Source: the human T2T-CHM13v2.0 reference genome, Homo sapiens. Taken from it: a DNA stretch of 64,000 bases. Within the stretch, counting starts at the first letter, position 1, and each line of letters starts with the position of its first letter. Positions 1 through 12,884 of this stretch are shown in pieces. Below the pieces are notes generated by a model. That model had not been told where the DNA came from. It saw only the letters and a list, made by a program, of their open reading frames with translations, and did no database searches. The DNA is taken from NCBI RefSeq assembly GCF_009914755.1, contig NC_060930.1. The stretch is one strand, 5' to 3'. Made by a program: the position numbers and the translations under genes.

Positions 1-875
1 CATGCAAAGGGATTCCATTCATGGGTTCCTTTTGTTTCTATCTTGCCAAATATTTAAGTAATTTCAAAGCAGTTATAAACCATCTTATTTTCTCAGTCCC
101 AGCTTCTCGATTCCTTGTATCCACTTATTTTTATAATAAGCTGTCAACAAAACAGGAATTAAATCTATACATAATAAAAGTGAAATGACAACAATAAATG
201 AGAGGTGAAGTAAGACTTTAAACAGTTCATGTTCTTCCTCTTTGTTTTAGGATAATTTTTTAAGTCATCTGAAACAAAGTTAAATGATCAGTAAACCTTT
301 AGAATTACCAAAAAAAAAAATTATTCTAACTAGCTTTGGGAAAATATAGAACCCATCTCCGTCCTCATTGGCATGGTTCTTCTATGTGCCCTAAAAATGA
401 TGAAGTTTGATTTCTTAGGTTACTGACTAAACCTCTTGTCAGCAAGCCTCAGACAGTAAAGATTTATTGGGCATTTATATGTAATTTCTGTAATGTGTAC
501 ATCGTTTTAAATTGAGACACACTCAGATGTTATTAAATGTTATTTTACAATGTATTTTGATAAGACAAAATATTCAATAAGGTATAATTCTCCTTTCTAA
601 AGGTTACCATGAAACACAGTGCCAACATTTCAAGATTTTGTAAACAGTATTTGTAACTATTATTTTGAGTACTTGAAAATGTGCATTTTGCCACTTGTTT
701 TTAGTCTTTTTATTAGTTTTTCCCTTATAAATGTGAATTATATTTTATCAAGTATTTATCTGTGACCTAAATGCACTGGGTTTTTCAGACACACATGTCT
801 GCAAGATATAAGATATTCTGAAGTATTAATATACCAATAAATTATTTAAAACATTTATGTAGGATTTTATTCTGA
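1..875 (+). other. Probable distal 3' UTR and poly(A) site of an unidentified upstream gene
   Basis: No recognisable repeats and AU-rich. Several TGTA motifs lie at 480-655, AATAAA at 836-841, CA at 852-853 and a U/GU-rich tract at 854-875. Seed matches: miR-182 (43-50), miR-96 (619-625), miR-200bc/429 (645-651), miR-23 (730-737), miR-148/152 (772-778). Confidence 0.55.
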
Positions 876-1185
876 AAAACAAACATATTTGCACAGTCCT
901 TCCTAGAGCCATTAATCTTTCAGTCTTTGACCGGTCTGGAAAAAGAGAATTCCATTATATTGTAAGTTTGTAAGGTTCTGGGTATAAAACTTAATTTGCA
1001 GGTCCATCAGTGCTATTCACTCAGCTCCAGGAAGAGTCATACCCTAGTTAGAAAACTCAGTGGAAAAAAAAAAACTGAAACCATTTCTGATTAACACTTA
1101 ATCTGCCTTTAAACCAAATAAAGGTAAACTTGAGAACCATAGAAGGTATGAACCTTCAAAGTAAACAAAGATTTACACTTAAGAA

Positions 1186-1207
1186 TACACACACACACAC
1201 ACACACA
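1186..1207. repeat. (CA)n microsatellite
   Basis: Direct reading of the sequence. Confidence 0.95.
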
Positions 1208-1397
1208 TATATAAATGTATTTTTCTTTTACAAAAAGAAAAGCATTGGTGCAGTGTTTGGAAGTTGAGAGGAAAAATCACAGATGTACCAAAAACCACCA
1301 TATGCCCAAGGTCAGTAAATTTTTAAAATGTTCACGATAAAAAATAGTTTGGAGTACTCAAATCTCTCAGGTTCTTTGATATACTATTTTGGAGGAA

Positions 1398-1408
1398 ATA
1401 TATATTTT

Positions 1409-1439
<31 letters not shown>

Positions 1440-1446
1440 ATATATT
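1398..1446. repeat. Interrupted (TA)n microsatellite
   Basis: Direct reading of the sequence. Confidence 0.95.
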
Positions 1447-2439
1447 CTTGGTGCAAAATATAGATTCGAAATACATCTCTAACCATAAATAATAACAGAG
1501 ATATCCAGAAACTCAGGAGAAAAATTACCCTTTTGTAATTGATTAAAGAGCATTTCTTTATGTTACAATGATAATTTTCTGTTGTTTTTCCAAAATTATC
1601 AAGGTCAATAACAAACTGGAATCAGCATTAATCATCAGAGGATCTTCAGAAATTTTGATTAACATCAGTAGAGTAAGTTCTTTTTAAAATGAAAGTAGAG
1701 TTATGAGGCTCACTGTTTGCTAATAAGAAAAGGGGATTGCAACTTCATTTGTTCTACTTGTATTTTTCTTGATGGTAGACTTGAGATAACCACAGCTGAG
1801 AATATGTTGCTTCCGAATTCAAATAGGCAGGTGAACCATATCTTCCCCATCTGATAGTCATTCTATTTCTTTATTGATATTGATGTCTCTTTTTAAATAG
1901 CAAGTCACATTAGTGTCTCTTTTCCCTCCACAAAAGATAGGCTTTCACATGTCAGATGTGTAAAGATAGGCTTTCATATGTCACATGAGGATTACTGCTG
2001 ATCTGTAATCCTCAGTGAGCAGAGCCCTGGTAACTTAAGGGTTTTACACCTGCCTCTAATTTAATCACCTACTGTGACTGTTGCTCAACACCAAAATAAC
2101 TCAAGTAGTCTTCATCTGCCAGGGGGAAAAAAAGTTGAATTCTTAAAGAGGAAGCTTACTAGGAGAATTTCAACCACCCTGACACATCTCTAAGAAAAAA
2201 AAAGAACCTAAAAGCTATTTTTCAAGTGATTAACACTGATTAATTCACAACTAAAAAGATCATTTGCATAATTTTAGAATATACAATTAACACCATGATT
2301 TCTCTGAACACTTCAGACATAAAGAGTTTAGTTTTTCGAGGTTTTCTCCCCCTGAATCAATTTACTATTTATACCAATACTTAAGGTAGCTAAATCAAGA
2401 TGGTGGTGGTCTGAGAAATGCTGAAGAAGGTTGGAAAGT

Positions 2440-2650
2440 GTGGATGTTAAATAAGGGGCTTTGGAGTCACAGATCTGAGTTTTAAATTTGGCCCCATACC
2501 TACTGTGTAACCTTGGATAAGTCATTTAATCTCTCCAAGACTTTCTTTTCTTATCTGTAAATTAGGGATCAAATTCCAACCTCAGAAAGTTTACTAATTA
2601 TTAATAGCATAATATAGGTTACACATTTAGCCTAGGAGTACATTAGTAAT
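2440..2650 (+). mobile_element. MIR SINE
   Basis: MIR core: ctttggagtcacagatctgagttt...ctgtgtaaccttggataagtcatttaatctctcc...atctgtaaa. Confidence 0.8.
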
Positions 2651-3135
2651 TAGTTCTCCTATAATTATTGCCATAATGCTAATAATTTTTAATGTTTTTA
2701 TAATTGCCTTAAGATAGATTTCAAGGTCATGCTACATTTATAGAGCACTTAGTATTTTATTGAGTATCACAAATGGTAAACTGTAGAGGGAGTGAGAGGT
2801 GAGATGGAAACAGAAACTGGAGAGCTTGTCTTTCTAGAATGTCTCCTCGCTTCTCAAAAGTATGTGCCTAATCATAGTGGTAATAAAAATTCATACTTGA
2901 CGAAGTCTTTTGTATACATATCTCTGTTTAAGTTAGCATATAACTAGGCTAGCCTTACTGAGAAGATTGGGTAAACAACAACAAAAAATCAACAAAAGTT
3001 ACATGGAGCTAACAAAGCAGAGAAGAGATGGTGTGGCAGGGAAGTTGCTACCTCAGCACAAACTCTATAAATATTATAATTAGCAATAGTAAATGGGTGC
3101 TAACAATAATAGGAGATATTTATTGACGGCCTATC

Positions 3136-3306
3136 TGAGGCAGACCCAGGTTTAGTGAGCCCTAAAATTCACATGATTTGTGGGGCTATTTGCAAGAAAA
3201 AAAAAACACAAAAATACAAACACAATTTTAGAGCTTTGAAAGGTGTCCATGCAGTTGAGGGTCCTGACGCTTAAGTGTTGTTAGCTTTTTAGTAAATTCA
3301 CTTCTG
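3136..3306 (+). mobile_element. MER53-like non-autonomous DNA transposon
   Basis: gaggcagacccaggttt...aagaaaa...gagggtcctgacgcttaag...gtaaattcacttctg matches the recalled MER53 consensus. Confidence 0.7.
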
Positions 3307-3369
3307 GTGCTTACTATATGTACAGTACTATTTCTACTAGTCAGTGAAGAAGATGCTGTAGCAAATGAT

Positions 3370-3888
<519 letters not shown>

Positions 3889-4949
3889 CTATTAATAGTT
3901 TTTAATCATCGTTTTATTAACAAGTAAAACAAATTATGTAATTTGACCACCATCAGATATAGACAATGCGTAAAAGCAGATTCCATCCCAAATTTGTTAG
4001 GTGGCAAAGTGCATGCTCCTAACTACTATATAACACTCTACTATCTTCAAACTCAGAGTAGAAGTGGATCTTCTGAAAATATCTAAAACTTTGAAGAGAA
4101 ATGATAATGATATGGTTATTTTCGCATTCTTTCTTGTTGATGTATAGTTTCCAAAAAGAACTAAACCCTAGAGAGTATAGTAGCAAATGCTAATTTACAT
4201 TCTCAATTCAAGAACCAAGGCCAATTCCACATACAAAAAATATATGGTTATAGACATGCTTAGAGAAAATTCAAATACTGCACTACCACTGAGGAGGTCT
4301 TCTTGAATCTCTGTGTATTCATAAATTTCAGTGAGGTCCACGGCACTTCTTCAACATTTTTGTTCCATTAAGGGAAATAGCTATAGTCCTAAATATGCTT
4401 GCTTAGAAAATTGGCACAAAATATTTAAAATTGTAAAAATATTAAAATTTTAAGATTTCTCCATCTTGAGATTGATGCAAAGAAAGTATGAGAATGTATC
4501 TGGCTGCGGTATAATAAAAACACCTTGCCCAGTTCAAATCCACTAAGGAATTTTGCATTCTCAAACTTCAATATTGATTGTCAAATAGACCAAAAGTAAA
4601 TACCCTATATGCTTGTAAGATTATATGACCTATTAGGAAAGAAAGAGTGAGATTTGTGAAGTGTAGAGGCTTTCACAAAGTCTGGGATACTTATAAGTAT
4701 CTGTTATAACAAACAGTCATAAATTCATCTTGAAATCTATAGGTTAAAATGATTTAAAGCTTTCCAATTTATGTGACTTGTTTCTGTATACAAATTAACC
4801 TTATTTCTGAAGTTTGATTAAATTTTTGTATACATAGACTTCCATCAAGAAATTATTGAAATATTGGTCAACGAAAAGAGATACCAGTAAATCTAAAGAG
4901 AAACTCAGCATGAGGCCCGTTTCCTTTTATTCTAGAGGGATAGAAAGGT

Positions 4950-5215
4950 TGATGGCAGCACAAGGCTTTGGAACGAGACTATCTAAGTTCAAATCTGGAC
5001 CCCACCACTCTCAAGATCCCTCACTCTTTACTACTTATGCAAATTGAGGAAGTTATTTAATGTCTGCTTGTGAGCAGGTTTCTTTAATCTCTAAAATGAA
5101 TCTTATAACAAATGGACCTCACTGAGTTGTTCGAAGGTCAAATCAGTAAATGTATGTGATGTGCTTACAGCAGTACCTGACACAGGGCTGAACACTCAAT
5201 AATTATAAGCTCTAC
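4950..5215 (+). mobile_element. MIR SINE
   Basis: ggctttggaacgagactatctaagttcaaatc...ctctaaaatg...gtgcttacagcagtacctgacaca...cactcaataa. Confidence 0.8.
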
Positions 5216-5363
5216 TGTCTATTTTGCTACTTTAAATATATTGTTCTTTCCATAAACTACCCTAAAATAAACAAGTAAAATGCAGTTATATGATCAACAT
5301 TCCAGGTATTTGCTTTGGATGGTTCTGTGTTTATCCTCTCTCTATTTATAAGAGGTTACTTAT

Positions 5364-5552
5364 AAGAAAAAGAACACAAAATAAATACAACTTTAGAGCT
5401 TTGAAAGGTGTCCATGCAGTTGAGGGTCCTGACCCTTAAGTGTTATTGGCTTTTTGATAAATTCACTTCTGGTGCTTACTGTAGGTAGTCCTGCCTCTAC
5501 AAGTCAGTAAAGAAGATGCGATAGCAAATAATACAAAGTCAGACAGCCTCAG
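5364..5552 (+). repeat. Local duplicate of 3194-3389 (MER53 3' half plus flanking sequence)
   Basis: Identical run tttagagctttgaaaggtgtccatgcagttgagggtcctgac, and similarity continues about 80 bp past the MER53 end to agacagcctcag. Confidence 0.9.
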
Positions 5553-6099
5553 CAGCTCCTTGATCATCTTGCTTCTAGGTTCTCAGACTCTCTTATCCTG
5601 CTTCCATCTTCTGGGACGGCACATTTAGCTTCTGATCTTGGCTTCCAAATCAACTCTAGTTGTACATTTTTGCCCATTTTTTTCTCCCAAAGTCTCTTAA
5701 GAATTCTGATAGCAAAGACCCCAATCTGGCTTTCCAGGTGTTCTAATGCTTAGCAAGCCTCTCTATCTATTACACTCACCACCCCTAACCAGAAGAGCTT
5801 CAAGTATGTTTTTAAAAATACAAGGATGATTAAGACCTCTTACTGTAAAAGCTCAATTTAAGAGTACCCGAGGAAGACAAAAACTGTTTACTCCCCAAAT
5901 GCAGATCACACTAGAAGAGAGAAAAACCTCCTCCGATATATGGTTTGAAATAGTTTGAGTTCTGCCATTATGAATAATGACCACTCTATAGTATATCACC
6001 ATCTAGCAAGGAGTACCAACCATCTAGCAAGGAAAACATGGAACGCAGACCTAAGGCACATAAAAAACTAGTGCAAAATATATGTCCAAAGGAGAATGA

Positions 6100-7378
6100 A
6101 ATAGAAGGACTAGCTAGTCTTGGATTCGGTATTTAATATAAAACTAGAGTAATCAAGATAATTTTCTACTGGTGAAAAGGTAGCTATATTGCAATGAAAC
6201 AGAATAGAGTGCAGAAATAGATTCATACATCTGTGGTCAATTATATTATGACAAAATATCAGGTGATTCAATGGGGAAAAGGAATATCTTTTCAACAAAT
6301 GGTGCTGGATCAACTATATGTCTATGTATAATTTAGAAAGAACATCACTCCAACTTCACATCATACCTAAAGTTGAAAAAAAATTTCTAGAAGAAAACAT
6401 ATTTTTTTAGAACAACAACAAAAAAGCATAAGCCATAAAATAATAATATATTGAATTTTTATCAAAATTTAAAACTATTGCTCTTCAAAAGACACCATTA
6501 AGAAAATAATGCACACTGGAAGAAAATATTCATAATACATATGTCACACAAAGTACCTGAATGCAGAATAAAGAACCCTTGTAACTCAATAATATGACAA
6601 AAAAAAAACCTAAATAATGGTCAAAAAAAACTAAGCACAGAATTTACAACAGAAGATGTACAATAAGCACATAAAAACATCTTCAAAACTATTAGTCATC
6701 ACAGAAATTCAAATTAAAACTACAATAAAATATCATTACATGACTATTACAATGGCAAAAGAACTGACCATACCAAGTGCTGGCAAAAATATGAAGAAAC
6801 GGGAACTCTCACGTATTGTTGGGCAGAATGTAAAGTGGCCTAGGCACTTTGCAAAACAGTTTTTCAGTTTCTTAAAAAGTTAAAAAAAAAACCTATATAA
6901 ATAATTCTCCATACAAAGACTTGTATAACCATGACCATTGTGGTTTTATTTGAAATAGTCCAAAACTGGAAGTGTTTCAAATGTCCATCAATAGGTATAT
7001 GGATAAACAAATTGTAATATATTGATTCAATGCACTACTGCTTAAAAACTAAAAGAAATAACTGTTCATAGATGTAACAATGTGGATGAATCCCAAAATT
7101 ATTATGTTAAGTTAAAGTAACCAGATAAAAAGCAGTACACACTGCATGATAACATTTACATAAGCCTCTAGAAAATGTAAACTATCTATAGTGACAGAAG
7201 TATAGTTGTTGTAGAGAAAAATTGCAGGTGGGGGTTTAGCCAAAATATTCCCTTATTGATTGTAGTAATGAATTCATAGGTGCATATGTATGTCAAAACT
7301 CATGAAATTATATACCTTAAATATGTTAAGTTTCCTGTACATCAGTTCTACTTCCATACATTTGTAAAAAAAAAAAAA
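6100..7378 (+). mobile_element. Old L1M (L1MD/ME-type) ORF2 3' part and 3' UTR
   Basis: L1 motifs (ttcaacaaatggtgctgg; aaatgtccatcaataggt...gataaacaaattgt) and a poly(A) tail at ~7366-7378. Confidence 0.85.
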
Positions 7379-8273
7379 CTTTAGAAAAATTTTGCCCATG
7401 TTTTACTGCCTCCTTCTGATGGTAAAGTAGAAGTTAAGAATAAAACTACTAAAACTGGTAGTGCATGTATATAAAGCAGAAAGCCTGATGGAGGTTTTTC
7501 CCTTTCTTCTCCAAGATATAAAAATGGCTCTTGAAGAGGCTGGTTCAGGGCTAGGGGGTTGGAGTAGAATAGGAGGGAATGATATGATTTAAGATAGCTC
7601 TCTAAGGATGCATTGACAATCCGTTTTTGCAGAGAAAACTAGAACAGTGCATTGTGAGAAGACTAGGAAGAGAAGTGAGTGTGAATCCAAAAGATATTCA
7701 GGTAAAGACAATAGGAAAAAAAAATTGGAGTATTGTGAGACTTTGGCCCCATCTCTGACAGTCATCCAAAATTCAGTCTGTGGCCCAAAGAGTGCCAGAT
7801 CTCATAGCTTAGAAGAACTCTGTGATGAGTCAATATTCAAGTGGCTGGGAATGCACCCAAATAACCAACATAGACCCCAAAGCAAGGGAACAACTGGTCT
7901 GACCAGACTGCTCATCACGTGGGTAGAACCATCACAACACCTGAGCCTCAAAACTTCACCCTGCTATGGTGTGAGTAGATCACTACCTGATTGATTCTCT
8001 GGGTCAAACAAGTCAAATTGCTGGGCTACCTCCAGAAGTCATATTCCTATCATATCCCAGGATGCTTACAGATGCTCTAGGAATTATTGGGCAGATATCA
8101 GGGTGGTGGAAGAGAAAGTTTAAATTCTCGTGTATTAGGACCAAACTGGGAAAATCTAGGAGTATTCTAAACTTAGAACAGAGGGGTCACCTATTGAATT
8201 AATATTTAAAATAAATTATATAAAACTATATACATTTTAGATAAATTATATAAAACTATAAATAGTTTTTCAA

Positions 8274-8546
8274 TACAGGAACAGAAAACCAAATACTGCA
8301 TGTTCTCTTATAAGTAGAAGCTAAATGATGAAAACACATGGACTCAGAGGGAAATAACTCACAGTGGGGCCTTTCAGTGGGTGAAGGGTGGGAAGAGGGA
8401 GAGGATCAGGAAAAACAACTAACGGATACTAAACTTAATACCTGGATGATGAAATAATTTGTACAACAAACCCCCATAACACAAGTTTACCTATATAACA
8501 AACCTGCACTTGTAACCCTGAACTTAAAAGTTAAAAAAAGAAAATG
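8274..8546 (+). mobile_element. 5'-truncated older L1PA 3' end
   Basis: caggaacagaaaaccaaatactgcatgttctc...aacaaacctgcac. The 21-bp TSD reads aaactataaatagtttttcaa (8253-8273) and aaactatatataggttttcaa (8547-8567). Confidence 0.9.
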
Positions 8547-9911
8547 AAACTATATATAGGTTTTCAACCTGTAGTGTTACTTTAATTCCTTCTAGTTGCT
8601 ATTTCTGCTATCTTCATAAACTACTGATTTAGGTAGACATCTGGATCAGACAGACTTATTCAACTGGCCAATTGAAATTAAGAATCCAATGGTCCAAATG
8701 GCCTAACCAAGTAAGCAGCACACCTTGAAGATTCCTGTCTGATGTAGACTTACTCCTGTCTAGTTCTATTTCAGCTCACATTTCACCACTGAACAATTGT
8801 TCCACCTTTTTAGCTACAGAGCACTCACTCTTCTGGGTTAAAGTTATTTTGTTTAAGAACTTGGAAGATTCTATTTTCAGTAGGATTAACTTATGCTTAT
8901 TAGTTTATTATTCCTGAAGGTTTCTATCTTTGCAATGAAAACACACAAGCACACACGTATATACAAACACACACACAAATCCACCTAAGGAAGTTCTGTA
9001 GAACAAACTGATGGGATGAAACATAAAAAGACACCAGTCATCCAGAAAGAAATATACACATCGCAGTGGGTGAAAAAAATTTGAAATTAGAACTCTTGAG
9101 TAACAAACCTTGAATAAAGGTAGAATGTATTGTTTCTGTGGTTTTACCTCTTCAGAACAATAATTTCATACTTTTATTTTATTTTATGTTACTATGGGTT
9201 TGTTTTAAAAGAACCATTAGAAGTTTCTTATCACAAAAGCTAATATAAATGAAAATACAAAACAAAGGAATAATCCTATTCTCATAGTTATGTTTACATC
9301 AAAATTCTATTGGCTTTGAAGCATAGTTGAAGTGTTATTTTACTTCAATTAAATATAGTATCACTTAAATATGGTTTCCAAAACTGGGCTAATGTGCTGT
9401 TGACCACTCAAATTCACTAATGACAGAACATTGTTTTGAAAAATGCATGGGGATTTAGATGTACACAAAAGTGATCATTTTAACTCTAAATTTCATTGTC
9501 TGTGTGATCGTGGGCAAGCTCATTATTTTTTTTGAATCTCATTCACAATACTGGGATATTAATACTTATATTAGGAGATTTGTGAAATTTTAAAGGGATA
9601 ATATATAAAAATTACGCCAGGTGTTGCCTTCTCTTACATCCAGAATTCAGATTTTTGTTTTTAAAATATTTGTTGAGGAATTTTTATGCTGGAGAATTAG
9701 AATAAATTCATTTTTAGAGACAATAGAAAGACCAGCATGTGTAGTTACCTCTATCATTCATCATCAGACATCAATGAACATTTGTGTTCTTTTCTCTTGT
9801 CTCAGAGATTAAGTGGCTATGTTGCTTCTCTCTTCATAATTAGAAAGGTAGACATAGATATTCTTCTGCTATTTTTAAAACTGCACCAAGATGATAAGAA
9901 ATATACAGATA

Positions 9912-10125
9912 CTCCTAGTGGTAAAATGCTCAGCCTCTAAAGTCAGCCTCCTGGAACTGAAACCAGCTATACCATGTATTAACTCTGTGACCTTGGGCGA
10001 TTTTCTCAGTGACTTAGTTTCTCATCTCTAAAATACGTAAGATTATTTTTGGGTTAAATTTGTTAACATATGAAGAACAATGCCAGGCACTAAGCAAGTA
10101 CTCAAAAAATAATTGCTATTATTAT
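9912..10125 (+). mobile_element. MIR SINE
   Basis: ctctgtgaccttgggcga...agtttctcatctctaaaat...agaacaatgccaggcac. Confidence 0.8.
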
Positions 10126-10579
10126 TTCTCTTGTAGATTCCTTACCCTCAAGCCAACAATTAGCTTTCACTTGAAAAAGGAATCTAATATCCTGTTTCCA
10201 TTCTTGATATTAGAAACATTGATGTAGAGAGGGGATACTAAGTGTGCAACTCTCTGCCCTCAAGCTTCATTATTCATTCATTGGGGAAGAGGAGAAGCAA
10301 AATAGACTTTCAAAGGGAAAACATGTTGATGAACACAAATACTATTTTGCCATGGTAATGTGGAAATTATTATAATTTGTTTGCTTGTTTTTTAGTTTTG
10401 TGATGTTCAGAAATAAAGTAATAGAAAAGGCCATGGGTACTAGTTTGAGAGCAATTGAAAAGTGGGGAGAAGGGAGGGAAAAGCTGCCTCTCTATATTTA
10501 ACAAAACAATATTTCTGGGGGTAAAAGGTGAGGAAGGAGTGAGGCGACTAGTTGTGATTCTTCTTTTGTACACTCTATT

Positions 10580-11170
10580 TTCTACCCATCAGTATGTTCT
10601 GTCAGCTCTTCCTCCAAATATATTCCAAATTTGCACCTTCTCATTGTCTTTGTTAATTGCATCTGTGGTCCTATTTTTGTATAATCCTGTGGACTTCAGT
10701 AGCTCCACTGAGCTATTCTTCCTGTCTATTCTTGACCCCAGAGTGTATTGCCACACAGCAGCCTGAATGATCTGTCTCAAGTGTACATTAGATCACCTAA
10801 TCACCCTTGTAAAAGCTCCAGTGGCTGCCAGTTACAGAATAAAAATCTAAACTGTGAAATTCTGTTTCCTGAGTGAGGGCTTTTGCACTTGCTGGTCTTC
10901 TTACTTCTAACAGTCTCTCCCAGACTTGTCATGCAACTGCCCGTGTCTCATTATTTAGATCTTTGTTGAAAGGCACCTTGTCAGAGAGGATTTTTCTAAC
11001 CATCCTACCCAAAGTGTCTTTCCCTACTATTTTTATCTTCTTCATAATACTTCTCTGTACCTGAAATCATCTTATTTATTTTCAGGTTCACCTTCTGTCC
11101 CCTTCAACTAGTCAAGCTGCTTGGAAAGAGGGCCAGTCTGCTTTAGTCCTGTATCCCCAACACCTGAAAA
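10580..11170 (+). mobile_element. L2 LINE 3' fragment
   Basis: ccacacagcagcctgaatgatct...gggcttttgcacttgctg...ctgtatccccaacacctg. Confidence 0.8.
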
Positions 11171-11299
11171 CAATAGCTATTTGTAGCTTGACTTACTCAT
11201 AGCCAGGTACCAGGAGCCTGGGAATGGCCACCTCTCAAGGTTAGAACTATCACATCATTGCTGGCCAGGCTCCTCTGGGCTTTACTGGCTCTTCCACCC

Positions 11300-11574
<275 letters not shown>

Positions 11575-11970
11575 ACTGGCTCTTCCACTCTTAGACATCA
11601 TTTTAGAACCTAATAATTACTTTTAAAATGAATCTTGTGTCACTTGTAAGGAGATAAATTTTAAAAGTATGTACTCTCTTAAAAATTATACAAAAAACTG
11701 TAACACAAATCAGATGGATCCCAACGTTTCTGTATCCCTGACCTACTAGTTACCCCTATTCTTGACTAAGGCTTATGACAGGGGCATGAAACATCACATT
11801 GAAACATACCTGTAAGTCAAATCTATTTTCAGAGATTACAAAGGGAATGTTTATATGGTAATTAAATTTTTCCCAAAATATTTTATTGTCTCTTTATCAA
11901 TAAAAACCATATCTGTTTGCTGTATCTACCCAGGCAAAGCTAAGCATAAAATGAAATTTTTTTTTAGTTT

Positions 11971-12240
11971 TATATATATATGTACATATATGCACATATA
12001 TGTGCATATATGCGCATATATGTACATAGTTTTACATATACACACATAGTTTTACATATATATGTAGAACTAAAAAAAATTTTTATTTTATGCCTATAGA
12101 TATATATACACACACACCATATATTATATATATATGTATATATGGTGTGTGTGTGTGTGTGTGTGTGTGTGTCGCATGTGTGTATGTATCTTTCTCTTGA
12201 AATTGTCAAACTGTTGAGGCAGTACACACACACACACAGA
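11971..12240. repeat. Compound (TA)/(TG)/(CA) microsatellite with a 10-bp unit tgYRcatata
   Basis: Direct reading; (TG)n at 12145-12172. Confidence 0.9.
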
Positions 12241-12383
12241 TACAGGTATGTATATTCAAATTATAAAATTCCACTTCAACTTACAGCATACACGGACACA
12301 TAACCAGTGACTATATTACTGGGCCATTCTTCTGAAGTAAACCCTATGCAAAGACAAAATTGTGTCAATCCTCTTTCATAGAA

Positions 12384-12664
12384 TTTTTTTTTTTCATTTT
12401 ATTTGAGACAGAGTCTCATTGTTGCCCCGGCTGGAATGCAGTGGCATGATTTGGATTGAAGCAATACTCCCACCTCAGCCTCCTGAGTAACTGGGATCAC
12501 AGGTGTGCACCACCATGCCTGGCTAATTTTTTTTTGTTATTTTTGGGAGAAATGGGGTTTCACTGTATTTCCCAGGCTGGTCTCAAACTCATGAACTCTC
12601 GTGATTCACCCACCTCGGCCTCCCAAAGTGCTGGGATTACAGTCATGAGCCACTGTGCTCAGCC
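12384..12664 (-). mobile_element. AluJ with an internal deletion
   Basis: Diverged dimeric Alu. Confidence 0.9.
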
Positions 12665-12702
12665 TTATAAAAATATTTTTAGTTACTTAACATCTAAAGG
12701 AG

Positions 12703-12884
12703 TTTTGTTTTGTTTGTTTTCTTGTTTTTAAAGAGGTGAAGTCTTCCCATGCTGCCCAGGGTGGAGTGCAGTGGCTATTCACAGGCATGATCATGGCACA
12801 TTACAGCCTCGAATTCCTGGCCTTAAGGGATCCTCCTACCTCAACCTCCCAAGTAGACTACAGGAGTGTACTATTGTGCCTGGC
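12703..12884 (-). mobile_element. FAM (fossil Alu monomer, 7SL-derived)
   Basis: The minus strand reads ...ccatgatcatgcctgtgaatagccactgcactcc..., retaining the 7SL/FAM-specific tgtgaatagc segment that dimeric Alus lack. Single monomer with an A-rich tail. Confidence 0.85.

Noticed and set aside
1-875. Naming the gene that owns the putative 3' UTR
   Set aside because: I do not recognise the sequence with enough certainty; BLAT is needed.
5998-6033. 15-bp direct repeat accatctagcaagga; similar short duplications at 20782-20813, 39404-39428, 41194-41222 and 42920-42951
   Set aside because: Ordinary two-copy slippage duplications with no array or spacer structure; not CRISPR-like.
7647-7994. 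115-aa ORF
   Set aside because: Non-ATG start, no recognisable domain and no splice context.
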